Assembly (NCBI GenBank): GCA_964016885.1
Contig: OZ024743.1
Coordinates: forward strand, 366,606,001-366,670,000
From: Eledone cirrhosa
Taxonomy: Eukaryota
DNA: 64,000 nt
Direction: 5' to 3'
Each line of letters starts with the position of its first letter. The first letter of the stretch is position 1. The notes below the pieces were generated by a model. It worked only from the letters and a program-made list of their open reading frames with translations. It did not search any database and was not told the DNA's origin. The position numbers were made by a program, and so were the translations under genes. This document shows positions 35,454 to 48,672 of the stretch, piece after piece.

Positions 35454-36064
35454 ATGTCAGGTCACCAGTTGGTGCTACTGGTAACATGTATCCCAGTACA
35501 ACCTGTCCCATGGTCGGGTCGTTGGCGACTAAACTGGCAACCCCACCAAGGTTTCTTGGTGAGGAGGGTGACTTTGGACATCCTGCAGGACTAAAAACAA
35601 AACCTGTCAAAGGGCAAAGGAGCTCTTAAGAGTCAATAGCCATCCAAAATCACCGGGAGAGATGACCCCTTAGCCTTTGTCAAGGCAGAATTCTAGGAGA
35701 AGGAAAACTCTGATATAACACCTGCAACCCTGATGGTATCCAATGATGTTGACTTGTTCTTCTTTTTGGTAAATATCATCTTGGTTAAGAGAGTGGGACT
35801 GGCTTTGTGCAGTGCCTTTGCTCACTATAAAAGCTTCACGGCACAGGCATTGCTTTATATCTGGAGATCTCTCTGCACTTGTCGTCACATGGTACCATGG
35901 ACCCAGCACTATGTGTCAGTAATTGTCACAAGTGTAGTGTTTGTACCAGAGTTTTCAAGTCGCTGGCTGGACTAAAAAGTCACACTCGTTCAGCGCATCG
36001 GTAGGGGTTCTCCTACATGGATATAAAGTAGTGGCCGTACTCGAAAACGAGTTGGCAGCCACCA
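35454..36064 (+). mobile_element. bipartite RTE-derived element, longest copy
   Basis: Matches 21958-22519 with ~45 extra 5' bases. Same 3' end GCAGCCACC followed by TA. Confidence 0.8.
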
Positions 36065-36090
36065 TATATATATATATATATGTATGTATG

Positions 36091-36191
<101 letters not shown>

Positions 36192-36372
36192 ATATATATA
36201 TGTATGTATGTATATATATATATATATATATGTATGTATATATATATATGTATGTATATATATATATATATATGTATGTATATATATATATATATGTATG
36301 TATGTATATATATATATATATATATGTATGTATATATATATATGTATGTATATATATATATATATATGTATG

Positions 36373-36445
<73 letters not shown>

Positions 36446-36447
<2 letters not shown>

Positions 36448-36848
36448 GCCCCCTTGGTAATGAATGTCTCAAGAAGAACATAGTGTACGGTTGTAGGGTT
36501 AAAACCCCCAACTCCGAACACCTCTACATAGGAGCCACATCAACGAGCTTTAAGGACCGCTGGTACAACCATCGCCATTCATTCAAGAAGGAGGCCAAAA
36601 GGAAAAGCACAGCTCTCTCCGACCTGATCTGGAAGCTTAAGCTGGACAGGACCCCATACTCTCTGGCCTGGTACATAATCAGGAAAGTACCACCCGATAA
36701 AAGGGGATCTTGCATATGCAAACTATGCCCGAACGAGACCCTCGAAATACTAAGAGGTGGAAGCGGCCTGATAAACCTCAGAAGCGACTTCTTCGGGACA
36801 TGCAGACACCTTAGAGCCGGGACCTTTCTCAAAATATATGGACAGTAG
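36446..36848 (+). CDS. Penelope-like (Neptune-type) GIY-YIG endonuclease, 5'-truncated
   Basis: [75 protein letters not shown]. Confidence 0.88.
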
Positions 36849-37323
36849 CAACACAAGAAGATGTGAACTCCCCTCAAGCTATAGGGACTTCTACAGAACA
36901 TGAAAACACCTCTCGGCCAGACCTCCCTCAAGCTATATGGACAATTACAACACCCTAGGTTGTGAACTCCCCTCAAGCCATAGGGAACAACTCAGGCGGA
37001 GCAGACACCATGATAGCCTAGAGATAGAATCGGACACAGCCATAATAATCTGGCCAACATCTATAACACAAACACTTTTAATTTATCTGACTTTAAAGTT
37101 CCAATCTTAAATCTTGATTTCTCTTTATTAATTTGTTATTTGTTTTCTGCCCTCTTCACTGTATAACCTTATATTTATTTTAAGTTGAGATAGATTATAA
37201 CACAAACACATTGAATATCTCATCTTAACATCTTGTATCATACCAATCTATCCAACATATTCTGACCTTGAGATTGGTTATAGCACACACACACACACAC
37301 TTTATCCTACATTATTTCTCACT

Positions 37324-37508
37324 TGGATTGGCAGTATCGGTAGAGGGTCGGACGCCATGCTTTCCAGCATAGTTACGTCCCTTTACGATCTGAGTTCCGA
37401 TCCCGCCGAGGTTGACTTTGCCTTTCATCCTTACGGGGTCGATAAAATAAAGTACCAGTAATGCACTGGGTAATTGCTGGCCTTGTGCCAAAAGTAGAAA
37501 CAATTATT
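37324..37508 (+). mobile_element. SINE family 1 with TSD
   Basis: Reverse complement of 711-899. ATTATTTCTCACTT flanks both sides (37311-37324 and 37503-37516). Confidence 0.9.
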
Positions 37509-38107
37509 TCTCACTTCTCCATATACATTATCATTACTTTTTCACCAATCTCTCATTTACTCTTTATTCTTTATTCTCTATTTATTTATTTATTTTCAAA
37601 TTACACAAATTATATTAATTATTTTATTTTATTATATTATTTATTTATCTTCTGTTTTCTTCATTTATCGCCTTATATTTCTTCATATACATGAAAGAAC
37701 CCCCCCCCCCCGCCACCACCACTACGATGGTGGCGAGTGGGATGAAGAGAAAACACAAACTGAATACTTCTAAATTGTTAGCAGCAGCAAGGTATAAGCT
37801 GACCACTACAACAACAACAGTACCAAAATAATGGTGGAGGTCAAATGTACTGAACAATAGCAGGCATAAACACTACAGGGAGCCTCACCCCAGAAAGAAT
37901 TCTATAGACTTCTGACTGAGGAATGCTCTCAGAACTGAACAATGGGAAGTTTGACACATTTTTTGATATTTTGTTCCTTCAACACCTTGTCCCTTCTACC
38001 ATTTTATCAATTTTTAAGCTAACTCCAACAATGACAACACTAATAACTGACCAATGAGAGGAGAAGGGGACCTGTGACACGAAAATTCGTTTGTTTGAAT
38101 TCATATG

Positions 38108-38325
38108 ACTCCAGTTCCCCAGTGAATTAACAACCCAGCAAGGAACTGGGCATATCAGAGTATTGACAATATCATACACCTAAACAACATATGTACTTGT
38201 CTATACCATACTAATTCAAACTGCCTGAAGAGGTCACAGCCAAAGATGGCTGTCACTGAAATATATATAGCAGTAATAAACGAAGCTAAATTTTAATCAT
38301 TTGACTTTTATTTAACTTTATTTTA
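38108..38325 (+). repeat. PLE terminal repeat, same family as 8702-8915
   Basis: CCAGTTCC..GGAACTGGGCATATCAGAGTATTGACAAT..ATTTGACTTTT alignment. Lies downstream of the GIY-YIG ORF at 36446. Confidence 0.85.
38220..38274 (+). ncRNA. type I hammerhead ribozyme
   Basis: ACTGC-CTGAAGA-GGTCACAGCCA(AAGA)TGGCTGTCACT-GAAA-TATATA-TA|GCAGT. Perfect 5-bp stem I, AATAAA directly downstream. Confidence 0.8.
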
Positions 38326-38439
38326 TATATATATATATGTATGTATATATATATATATGTATGTATATATATATATGTATGTATATATATATGTATATAT
38401 ATATATGTATATATATATGTATGTATATATATATATATG

Positions 38440-38471
<32 letters not shown>

Positions 38472-38482
38472 TGTATGTATAT

Positions 38483-38523
<41 letters not shown>

Positions 38524-38780
38524 TATATAGTAATAATAATAAATTTGAAGACTAAAATCCAAAGAGGGCTCGATAAGGATAAATATATATCAAATATATA
38601 AGAACCGTAGAGCAAATATTTATTAAAATAACAGATTAAAGTTTAAGCAAAGAATCGCTGCTTTCACCCTTAACGGGATCATCTGAAACTAACAAAGTCA
38701 ATCTGTAAACGCAGAACTGGATATTTCAAAAAACGTTGCAACCGGAGGAAGACAGGAAGACGATACTTTGGTTCGTGTAA

Positions 38781-39042
38781 ACGTTCCCTGGCAAAGAACG
38801 GGAAAAAACGAATAATACGTAATTAATAGGAGCGGTGAAAAACAATTACGCGCAAAGACAGAACCACGTTTATGGTATAAAAGAAGTCGTAGACTAATGT
38901 TCTCTTAGGTGGTGCATAGAGACGTTCTCTGGCAATGAACGAAAAAACGAAGATAATACGTCATATGTGGAGCGTGGAGAACAATAGCACGCCAAGAGAA
39001 AACCACGTAAATGGTTTAGCAGAAGTCGTAGACTAAAATTCT
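38781..39042. repeat. diverged ~140 bp tandem duplication
   Basis: ACGTTCCCTGGCAAAGAACG..AGAAGTCGTAGACTAA and ACGTTCTCTGGCAATGAACG..AGAAGTCGTAGACTAA. Confidence 0.8.
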
Positions 39043-39485
39043 AACTAGGAGACCAAATGGATCTCCGCTACAGAGTTAAGAACAAAGTAAATAAATACAA
39101 TACAGAAGTAATAGAAATAAATAAATTCATACACGAAAACAAATACGTGCATACACAAGCATACGCAAAACCTTACCATGGGTATACAAAACCACGCACA
39201 TATAAATATGTGTGTATGTGTGTATACAAATAAATAAATAATTATATAAACGTATAAGAATAAATAAATACGTATATAACAAGCGCACACACATCCCTAC
39301 ATGTAAATACACGAATGTTCGGAGACGTAACTCAACTAAAACAAGAAGTACACATATACACACATCCACCATACGTACGAACCTGCATACTCACACAGAC
39401 GCAAAACTCCCGAATACACATAACCAAACCCTATGTACCAGAAATATAAAATTATATGCCAAACAATCAAATATACGTACTTATG

Positions 39486-39542
<57 letters not shown>

Positions 39543-39583
39543 ATATATATATATATATGTATGTATATATATATATATATATG

Positions 39584-39635
<52 letters not shown>

Positions 39636-39721
39636 TAGATATATATATATATAGATATATATATATATATATATGTATGTATATATATATATATGTATGT
39701 ATGTATATATATATATAGATG

Positions 39722-39808
<87 letters not shown>

Positions 39809-39822
39809 ATATATATATATGT

Positions 39823-40498
39823 AGTGCAGGGCAATAAAGATAGACGGTAGCCACGGAGTAGGCAGACCCAGAAAAACATGGGACGAGCTGATAAATTCCG
39901 ACCTCACACGCTTACACCTCTCCAAGACAATGTCACTGGACCGAGACCTTTGGCGGTACTCAGTAATCGAGAAGACCCGCCTTACCTAAATACAAAGTAA
40001 AAACCTACTACAGTCAGTAGGCATCTCTATCAAAACACACCCCCGTCCCACCACCTCCACCCCACCCACACCGCCCCTTTCAATGTAAAGTTATGTTGGT
40101 CCCACAACATCCAGGCCGAAACAAATGAGATCGTGTAGGTGTCACGACAAAAAACACACAGTCCACGCTGTAAATGTGGCCGTGTAGGCAACACAGTAAA
40201 AACCTCCCAGCCCCACACTGTAAATGTGGTTGGTGTTAGGAAGGGCATCCAGCTGTAGAAAACCCGCCAGACAGTCCACGCTGTAATGTGGCCGTGTAGG
40301 CAACACGGTAAAAATCTCCCAGCCCCACACTGTAAATGTGGTTGGTGTTAGGAAGGGCATCCAACTGTAGAAAACCCGCCAGACAGTCCTATGCGAGCAA
40401 GACAATCACTCTTGCCTCAAGTGGGAAAACCCCCGTCCAAACCCATGCAAGCGTGGAACACGGACGCTAAACCTGATGATGATGATGATGATGATGAT
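39823..40498 (+). mobile_element. RTE family B variant, 3' fragment
   Basis: [26 protein letters not shown], duplicated 3' UTR block as at 17908-18416, (ATG)n tail. Confidence 0.9.
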
Positions 40499-40529
40499 GT
40501 ATGTATATATATATATATATAGATGTATG

Positions 40530-40591
<62 letters not shown>

Positions 40592-40660
40592 CATATATAT
40601 ATATATATATACATACATATATATATATATATATACATACATATATATATATATACATAG

Positions 40661-40697
<37 letters not shown>

Positions 40698-41054
40698 TAG
40701 ATATATATATATATATGTATGTATATATATATAATTACATAGATATATATATATATACATATGTATATATATATATACATAGATATATATATATATATGT
40801 ATGTATATATATATATACATACATATATATATCTATATATATCTATGTATATATATATACATACATATATATATATATATATATCTATGTATATATATAC
40901 ATACATACATATATATATACATACATATATATATATATATATACATACATATATATATATATATATACATACATATATATCTATATATATCTATGTATAT
41001 ATATATACATACATATATATATATATATATCTATGTATATATATACATACATAC

Positions 41055-41087
<33 letters not shown>

Positions 41088-41088
<1 letters not shown>

Positions 41089-41778
41089 GTGTGTAATAGT
41101 AATATACGTGAACGGCAAAGCATAAATGAACTAAGTGAGAAATTAGGAATAAGAGGGATCAGATGCAGTTTACTCGAGAGAAGGCTACGTTGCTATGGTC
41201 ACGTGATGCGCATGAAAGACGACAGCTGCATAACAAAGTGCAGGGCCATCAAAATAGATGGAAGCCCCGGAGTAGGCAGACCCAGAAAAACCTGGGACGA
41301 TTTGATAAACTCCGACCTTACACACTGACACCTCTCCAAGACAATGTCACTGGACCGAGACCTTTGGCGCTACGCAGTAATACAGAAGACAAAGCAAAAC
41401 GTACAGTCAGTAGGCTCCTCCTAACCAATAATACACGCCAACCTCACTCCCCCCCCCACACACACACCCACGCCACCCCCATCTACACCTAAATTTATGT
41501 TGGTACCACAACATCCAGTCCTAAATAAATGAGGTCGTGTAGGTGTCACGACAAAAAAAACACACAGTCCACGCTGTAATGTGGCCGTGTAGGCAACACG
41601 GTAAAAACCTCCCAGCCCCACACTGTAAACGTGGTTGGTGTTAGGAAGGGCATCCAGCCGTAGAAAACCCGCCAGACAGTCCTATACGAGCAAGACAACA
41701 AATCTTGCCTCAAGTGGGAAAACTCCTGTCCAAACCCATGCAAGCATGGAAGAGGACATTAAACGATGATGATGATGA
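41088..41778 (+). mobile_element. RTE family B-related 3' fragment, decayed
   Basis: [27 protein letters not shown] with a premature stop, 3' UTR and tail. Confidence 0.88.
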
Positions 41779-41795
41779 TATATATAAATACATAC

Positions 41796-41828
<33 letters not shown>

Positions 41829-41853
41829 AAAATACATACATATACATATATAT

Positions 41854-42018
41854 ATCATCATTATCATCGTTTTACGTCTGTTCTTCCACGCTAGCATGGG
41901 TTAGTCGGGCTGTCCTGTTGTGTGCAGCGTCCAGTCGGCTGACCTTGTCTTGCTAATACAGGAACTGATTCTGCTTGATTTCTACAGCTGGATGCCCTTC
42001 CTAACACCAACCTCATTA
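41854..42018 (-). mobile_element. RTE family A-related 3' tail fragment
   Basis: TTTTACGTCTGTTCTTCCACGCTAGCATGGGTTAG..GGATGCCCTTCCTAACACCAACC. A shorter tail lies at 42185-42252. Confidence 0.8.
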
Positions 42019-42280
42019 CATGTACATATATATATGTGTATATGTATGTATGCACACATATATATATGTAGATACATACATACATATGCACATATATATA
42101 TATGTGCATACATACATATACACATATATATATGTACATACATACATACATATATGTATATATATATATATATACATACATATATCATCATCATCATCGT
42201 TTAACGTCCATCTTCCACGCTAGCATGGGTTTGGATGGAAATATTCCCACTTACATAAATATATATATATACAATCATAC

Positions 42281-42835
42281 ATGGTAGTTGCCAACTTGTT
42301 TTCAAGTACGGCCACTACTTTATATCCATGTAGGAGAACCCCTACCGATACGCTTAACGAATGTGAGTTTTTAATCCAACCAGCGACTTGAAAACTCTGG
42401 TTCAAACACTACACTTGTGACAATTATTCAGACATAGTCCTGGGCCCATTGTACCCTGTGGCGACAAGTGCAGAGAGATCTCCAGATATAAAGCAATGCC
42501 TGTGCCATGAAGCTTTTATAGTGAGCAAAGGCACTGCACAAAGCCAGTCCCACTCTCTTAACCAAGATGATATTTACCAAAAAGAAGAACAAGTCAACAT
42601 CATTGGATACCATCAGGGTTGCAGGTGTTATATCAGAGTTTTCCTTCTCCTAGAATTCTGCCTTGACAAAGGCTAAGGGGTCATCTCTCCCGGTGATTTT
42701 GGATGGCCATTGACTCTTAAGAGCTCCTTTGCCCTTTGACAGGTTTTGTTTTTAGTCCTGCAGGATGTCCAAAGTCACCCTCCTCACCAAGAAACCTTGG
42801 TGGAGTTGCCAGTTTAGTCACCAACGACCCGACCA
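42281..42835 (-). mobile_element. bipartite RTE-derived element
   Basis: Reverse complement of ~35510-36064. Confidence 0.8.
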
Positions 42836-42862
42836 TATATACATACATACATGTATACATAC

Positions 42863-43203
42863 ATGGTGGCTGCCAACTCGTTTTCGAGTACGGCCACTAC
42901 TTTATATCTATGTAGGAGAACCCCTACCGATGCGCTGAACGAGTGTGACTTTTTAGTTCAGCCAGCGACTTAAAAACTCTGGTACAAACACTACACTTGT
43001 GACAATTATTGACACATAGTGCTGGGCCCATGGTACCATGTGACGACAAGTGCAGAGAGATCTCCAGATATAAAGCAATGCCTGTGCCGTGAAGCTTTTA
43101 TAGTGAGCAAAGGCACTGCACAAAGCCAGTCCCACTCTCTTAACCAAGATGATATTTACCAAAAAGAATTCTGCCTTGACAAAGGTTAAGGGGTCATCTC
43201 TCT
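42863..43203 (-). mobile_element. bipartite RTE-derived element, truncated and internally deleted
   Basis: Same 3' end. Deletion between GCAGAATTC and TTTTTGGTAAATATC. Confidence 0.8.
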
Positions 43204-43277
43204 TACATACATATATACATACATACATACATACATATATATACATATATATATACATACATATATATATACATATA

Positions 43278-43309
<32 letters not shown>

Positions 43310-44372
43310 CATCATCATCATCATCATCATCGTTTAACGTCTATCTTCCACGCTAACATGGGTTTTTCCCACTTGAGGCAAAATTGGTTGTCTTGCTCGT
43401 ATAGGACTGTCTGGCGGGTTTTCTACGGCTGGATGCCCTTCCTAACACCAACCACGTTTACAGTGTGGAGTGGGGGGTTTTTACCGTGTTACCTACATGG
43501 CCACATTACAGCGTGGACTGTGTGTTTCTTTTGTTGTGACACCTACACGACCTCATTTATTTCGGACTGGATGCTGTGATACCGACATAACTTTACATCG
43601 AAAGGGGTGGTGTGGATGGGGTGGGGTAGTGGGACGGGGGTGTATTTTTGTTAAGAGGTGTCTACTGACTAGGTTTCGATTTTTACTTAGGCAAGGCGGG
43701 TCTTCTGTATTACTGTGTAGCGCCAAAGATCTTGGTCCAGTGACTTAGTCTTGGAGAGGTGTAAGTGTGTGAGGTCGGAATTTATCAAGTCGTCCCAGGT
43801 TTTTCTGAGTCTGCCTACTCCGTGGCTACCGTCTATTTTTATCGCCCTGCACTTTTTTATACAGCTGTCGTCTTTCATGCGCATCACGTGGCCATACCAA
43901 CGTAGTCTTCTCTCAAGTAAACAACATCTGATCCCTCTTATTCCTAATTTCTCCCTTAGTTCATTTATGCTTTGCCGCTCGCGTATATTACTATTACACA
44001 TCCAACGGAGCATGCAAGCTTCGTTCCTCTCCAGTCTGCATATATCCTCTGCACACAATGCCCAAGTCTCACTGCCATGTAACATTGCTGTTCATATGCA
44101 GGCATCATACAACCTGCCTTTCATTTTTAAAGAGAACCCTTTAGCGGCCAATAGAGGTATAAGCTCTCTGAACTTTTTCTATCCCGTTCTGACTCTAGCT
44201 ACTGTACTTTCAGAGCAGCCTCCCCACTGCTGATTTTGTCACCCAGATAATAAAAGGTGTCCACTATTTCCATAGAACCATCTGTGCAATGGAATGAGCT
44301 AGTATTCTGTGGGCACTTGCTGCTACTTATTGCACCTGAGCACCAGCCACATATAAAATCTATATTCTTAGT
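43310..44372 (-). mobile_element. RTE family B-related 3' fragment
   Basis: [35 protein letters not shown], 3' UTR and tail. Confidence 0.9.
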
Positions 44373-46402
44373 CACAAATTCTATGTCACAAATTTAATCA
44401 CTCTTCCACACTGCACCATTGTGTACAATCTGGGAAGATGGTCATAACTGGACTTTGAATTTTTAAGTAGCACTTAGTGTTCCTTGTATGAACATAAATA
44501 AATAATATAATATATATATAATTAAGGTGGAGAATTGGCGGAGTCATTAGAACATTGAATAGGGTGCTTTGCGGTATTCATTCCAGCTCTCTGCTCTGCT
44601 CTCTCACTTCAAATCTTGTTGAGGTCAACTTTGCCTTTCATCCTAAAGCCTAAATTAAGATTATACGCTATGTGTAATTATTTTCAAAGAAAATATGCTT
44701 TTTTCCAAAACTATTATGCTAATTTGTATTGCTCTGAATGAATTATTAACTTTTCCCACTGTGCATTCTCTTGATGAGTGGTGTACAATAGTCTTAGTTT
44801 TTTTGTCTGGAGATAAAAACTTCAGAAAAAAAGTTACATAGCCTATGACTTTTTCTTTGAAATGATGTGCCTCTTTCCAAAATTTCAGCTAACTAGATGC
44901 AAAATTGTTGCCAACATCCTGGAACTTACATACATTCACTTTTATATATTAAAATGTGGTTGTGATTGTTTTCAGAAAACCAGTACAATACAAATTAGAA
45001 ATGGAAGAGTGAAAATTAAGAAAGACAAAACATAACAAAAGCTTATGCTTTTATATTTATATATTTCATGATATGTGGAAGTTAGGACCTCTTTTTTAAA
45101 AGAAAGGAAATGAAGTATGGTGTTGATGACAAGCAGTGTTTCTATATTTATAAAGATAAAAGTGAAAATCCAGTAATGTCTCTATTGAATTTGATGCGTT
45201 TTTTGTTGCCATTAAAATGCTTGATTTTCCACACTGATTATGTAGCACCGTTGACATTGGTTTATTCCCCAACACATCTTTGCTTATACTAAAATTCACC
45301 AAGCACTGTGTGTGATTGTTTGCAATGAAGTAAGTACCTTTTTCACATTGTTAGATGTAAGTATTGTTGATTTTATAATATATACATATGATATTTATTT
45401 ACTAATTTTTCTCTCATACTTACATATATATATATATTGTAATTTGGCTTTCTTTTTTGCTCACACTTTTTCTTTTTTCCTAAAAAAAACTACTCTTGGA
45501 TTGATTTCCACCTTTTTAATAAGTTTTGTTGCTTTGATACTCTTAAAGCCAGTTTTTGCGATGGCCTCATTTTGTTTTTATTTTGCAAACTGCTTTCTTA
45601 CATGAAGATAAGGTAGCAAACTAATAAACAACATTACAATTTGTGTATATGAGTATAGTGAATAGTCAGGTGTGTTAAGGCATCACTTGAAATTCTTTGT
45701 GGTATTTATGCTAACTTCTTGCATTTTGAGTTCAAATCCAACGAAGACTGCAACCCTTTGGAATTAATAAGTAAAGTGCCAGTCTGGGGTTGTGTATTGA
45801 TCGAATAGTTAGAGCATTAGACATGATGCCTAGCAGTAATTTTTTCATCTTTCTGTGTTCTAATTTTAAATCCTACTGTTGCCTAAATGGGTAGTAGACT
45901 TAATCCTTAGCCTGATAACACTTATGTGTCTTTAGCAGAGTCCACTCTGTTGCAAGCATTCTGGCCAGGTCTTCAGTTTCAGGATTACTTCCTATCTCAT
46001 TCACACCAGTAACAAATAAAATTTTTAAATGTGGAAATAAACTGATATCCAAGGTTTTATTTGTAAAGTCTATTATGTGTGTGTCTGTGTGTAAATCTTT
46101 TAATAATTGCAGCTTAGAAACATAAACAGAAAATCCATTCGCTTTGCTCTTTGAAGCATTTCTTCTCTGTGTGTAATCTATCTTCTAACTATTCGTGTTT
46201 GCTTCCAACTCAAACTAGAAAGCATGCCATTGCTAATACAAAAGCTTTTCTTCTCACTTTTTGCAGCTTTAAACTCTAATGAATGAAAACCATTCACTGA
46301 CATTGAAGTCATTCATCATTATAATATCGAATTCATTTCTTACTTTATCTCATGTAATGCCTGTAACTTATGTAGGTTTCTTTCTTCACTGTGATTAACA
46401 CA

Positions 46403-46457
<55 letters not shown>

Positions 46458-46468
<11 letters not shown>

Positions 46469-47169
46469 GTATTCTCAGCGTGGAGGGTAGCTGTAAAAAG
46501 TGTATAGAAAAAAGTTGGGTTAAGATATAACCATATATTGAATGGAGAGCAGGAAAAAAAGGAAGAGAGAGAATCTAAAGCATGAAATGAGAGGGGTATA
46601 GAGCGGGGTGTATAAGAGGAGAGGAGAAGATAAAAGCGGGAATGAGATAGATGGAGTAGAACTTTCAAAAAAGGATAAAAATAATGAAGAAAGTAAACAA
46701 GAAAAATAGAACTTTAGTGTTGTATGAATCATCAGCTTCCTTCTAAATCAACATAGTTTCCCCTATCCAGCATCCGAACAACAGAAATTTAGGTTCTGTT
46801 GCGCGGGCTAGACTTATATACATAGTCCCTCCTCTCTTGCAAGAAACTATATTGGTCTAGAAGGAGGCTGATTCATATGATGTTAAAATTCTACTTTTCT
46901 TGTTAGTTTACTTTCTTCATCCTTTCTCTCTTATTTTTATCTTTTTTTGGAATTCTCCAAAAGTTCTGCTCCATCGATCTCATTCCTGCTTTTCTCTTCT
47001 CCTCTCCTCTTCTCTCTCTATATTCCTCTCATTTCTCATCTCATGCGTTAGACTCTCTTTCTACCTTTCTCTTCTGTTCTCTGTTTAATATGTGGTTATA
47101 TCTTAACCTGACTTTTTACTCTACATATAGTATTCAGCTGGTTACATGCTGAGATTCCTACAATTTTAT
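46458..47169. repeat. old diverged inverted repeat (~290-310 bp arms, ~110 bp spacer)
   Basis: GGTTAAGATATAACCATATATTGAA and TGAATCATCAGCTTCCTTCTA in the left arm mirror TAATATGTGGTTATATCTTAACC and TAGAAGGAGGCTGATTCA in the right arm. Confidence 0.75.
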
Positions 47170-47324
47170 GAAAATTCATATACACTCATTGCCTCAAACC
47201 TTTTCAATTAATATTTACATATGTGTGTGTGTAAACAAAAAAAGATATATATATATATATATATATAATATATATATATCTTTTTTTGATATATATATAT
47301 TTTTTTATATATATAAATATATAA

Positions 47325-47356
<32 letters not shown>

Positions 47357-47357
<1 letters not shown>

Positions 47358-48455
47358 CAATATTAAATAAATGGAAACTATATTTATAAAACCATATTTA
47401 TTTCATTATATATATTTCGGGGATATCATATTAACAATATGCTATGCCTTCCTCAGACAAAATACAATATAAACAGTTTTATAGATAAATAGATTCGACA
47501 TACCGTTATAACACCGACTTCCATTTGAAGAGGTTTAAGCTGGCAGTGAAAAAATTTTACACAGAGAGAAAGAAAGAGAGAAAAAAGAAAGAAAGACAGA
47601 AAACGAAGAAAAGGAAGAAAAAGAAGAAATGCATGGAACAAAATAGAGAGATGGAAAGATAGATAAAGCGAAGAACTTCATGTAAAGAAACAGAAAGATA
47701 TATATATATATAGAGAGAGAGAGGAAATAGAGATAGATACATATATATATAGAAAATTAGGTAGTGGGAGGTCATTTTGAGTAAATGTATCAATGATACA
47801 TTTATTTATTTATTTATTTATTTAGCTCAAGTATTAAGTATTTTTTTCTCTCTATATATTTTTTCTCTCTCTATATATCTCCCTTACATTAATACTTGAG
47901 CTAAATAAATAAATAAATAAATAAATGTATCATTGATACATTTACTCAAAATGACCTCCCACTACCTAATTTTCTATATATATATGTATCTATCTCTATT
48001 TCCTCTCTCTCTCTATATATATATATCTTTCTGTTTCTTTACATGAAGTTCTTCGCTTTATCTATCTTTCCATCTCTCTATTTTGTTCCATGCATTTCTT
48101 CTTTTTCTTCCTTTTCTTCGTTTTCTGTCTTTCTTTCTTTTTTCTCTCTTTCTTTCTCTCTGTGTAAAATTTTTTCACTGCCAGCGTAAACCTCTTCAAA
48201 TGGAAGTCGGTGTTATAACGGTATGTCGAATCTATTTATCTATAAAACTGTTTATATTGTATTTTGTCTGAGGAAGGCATAGCATATTGTTAATATGATA
48301 TCCCCGAAATATATATAATGAAATAAATATGGTTTTATAAATATAGTTTCCATTTATTTAATATTGTAAATATACTCCAAATATTTGTCGAGTGCTTTTA
48401 TATCAGTTATAAATATTTACTAGTTGTAACCCAACAATTTTAAATATAACTTTCC

Positions 48456-48456
<1 letters not shown>
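47357..48456. mobile_element. fold-back solo terminal repeat of the PLE at 54407-57420
   Basis: Near-identical arms 47357-47837 and 47889-48367, with the right arm extended ~90 bp. Homologous to 54407-54970. Confidence 0.9.
48260..48325 (+). ncRNA. type I hammerhead motif (also 47399-47464 -, ~54536-54601 -, 57312-57377 +)
   Basis: TATTTTGT-CTGAGGA-imperfect stem II (CATATT/AATATG core)-GAAA-TATATA-TA|ATGAAATA. Confidence 0.65.
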
Positions 48457-48501
<45 letters not shown>

Positions 48502-48618
48502 TTATTTCACGTTGCTCCTTCTACCTGGAGTTGCGACCGATAGATAGCATTAGCAATTGGAAAGACCAACGGAAACATTGTTCCCTCGGTCCGATTTGAC
48601 GAAAGTCGATCGTTCCTT

Positions 48619-48672
<54 letters not shown>

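Noticed and set aside
37916-37950. CTGAGGA motif as a hammerhead
   Set aside because: No GAAA and no stem II or III in the right spacing.
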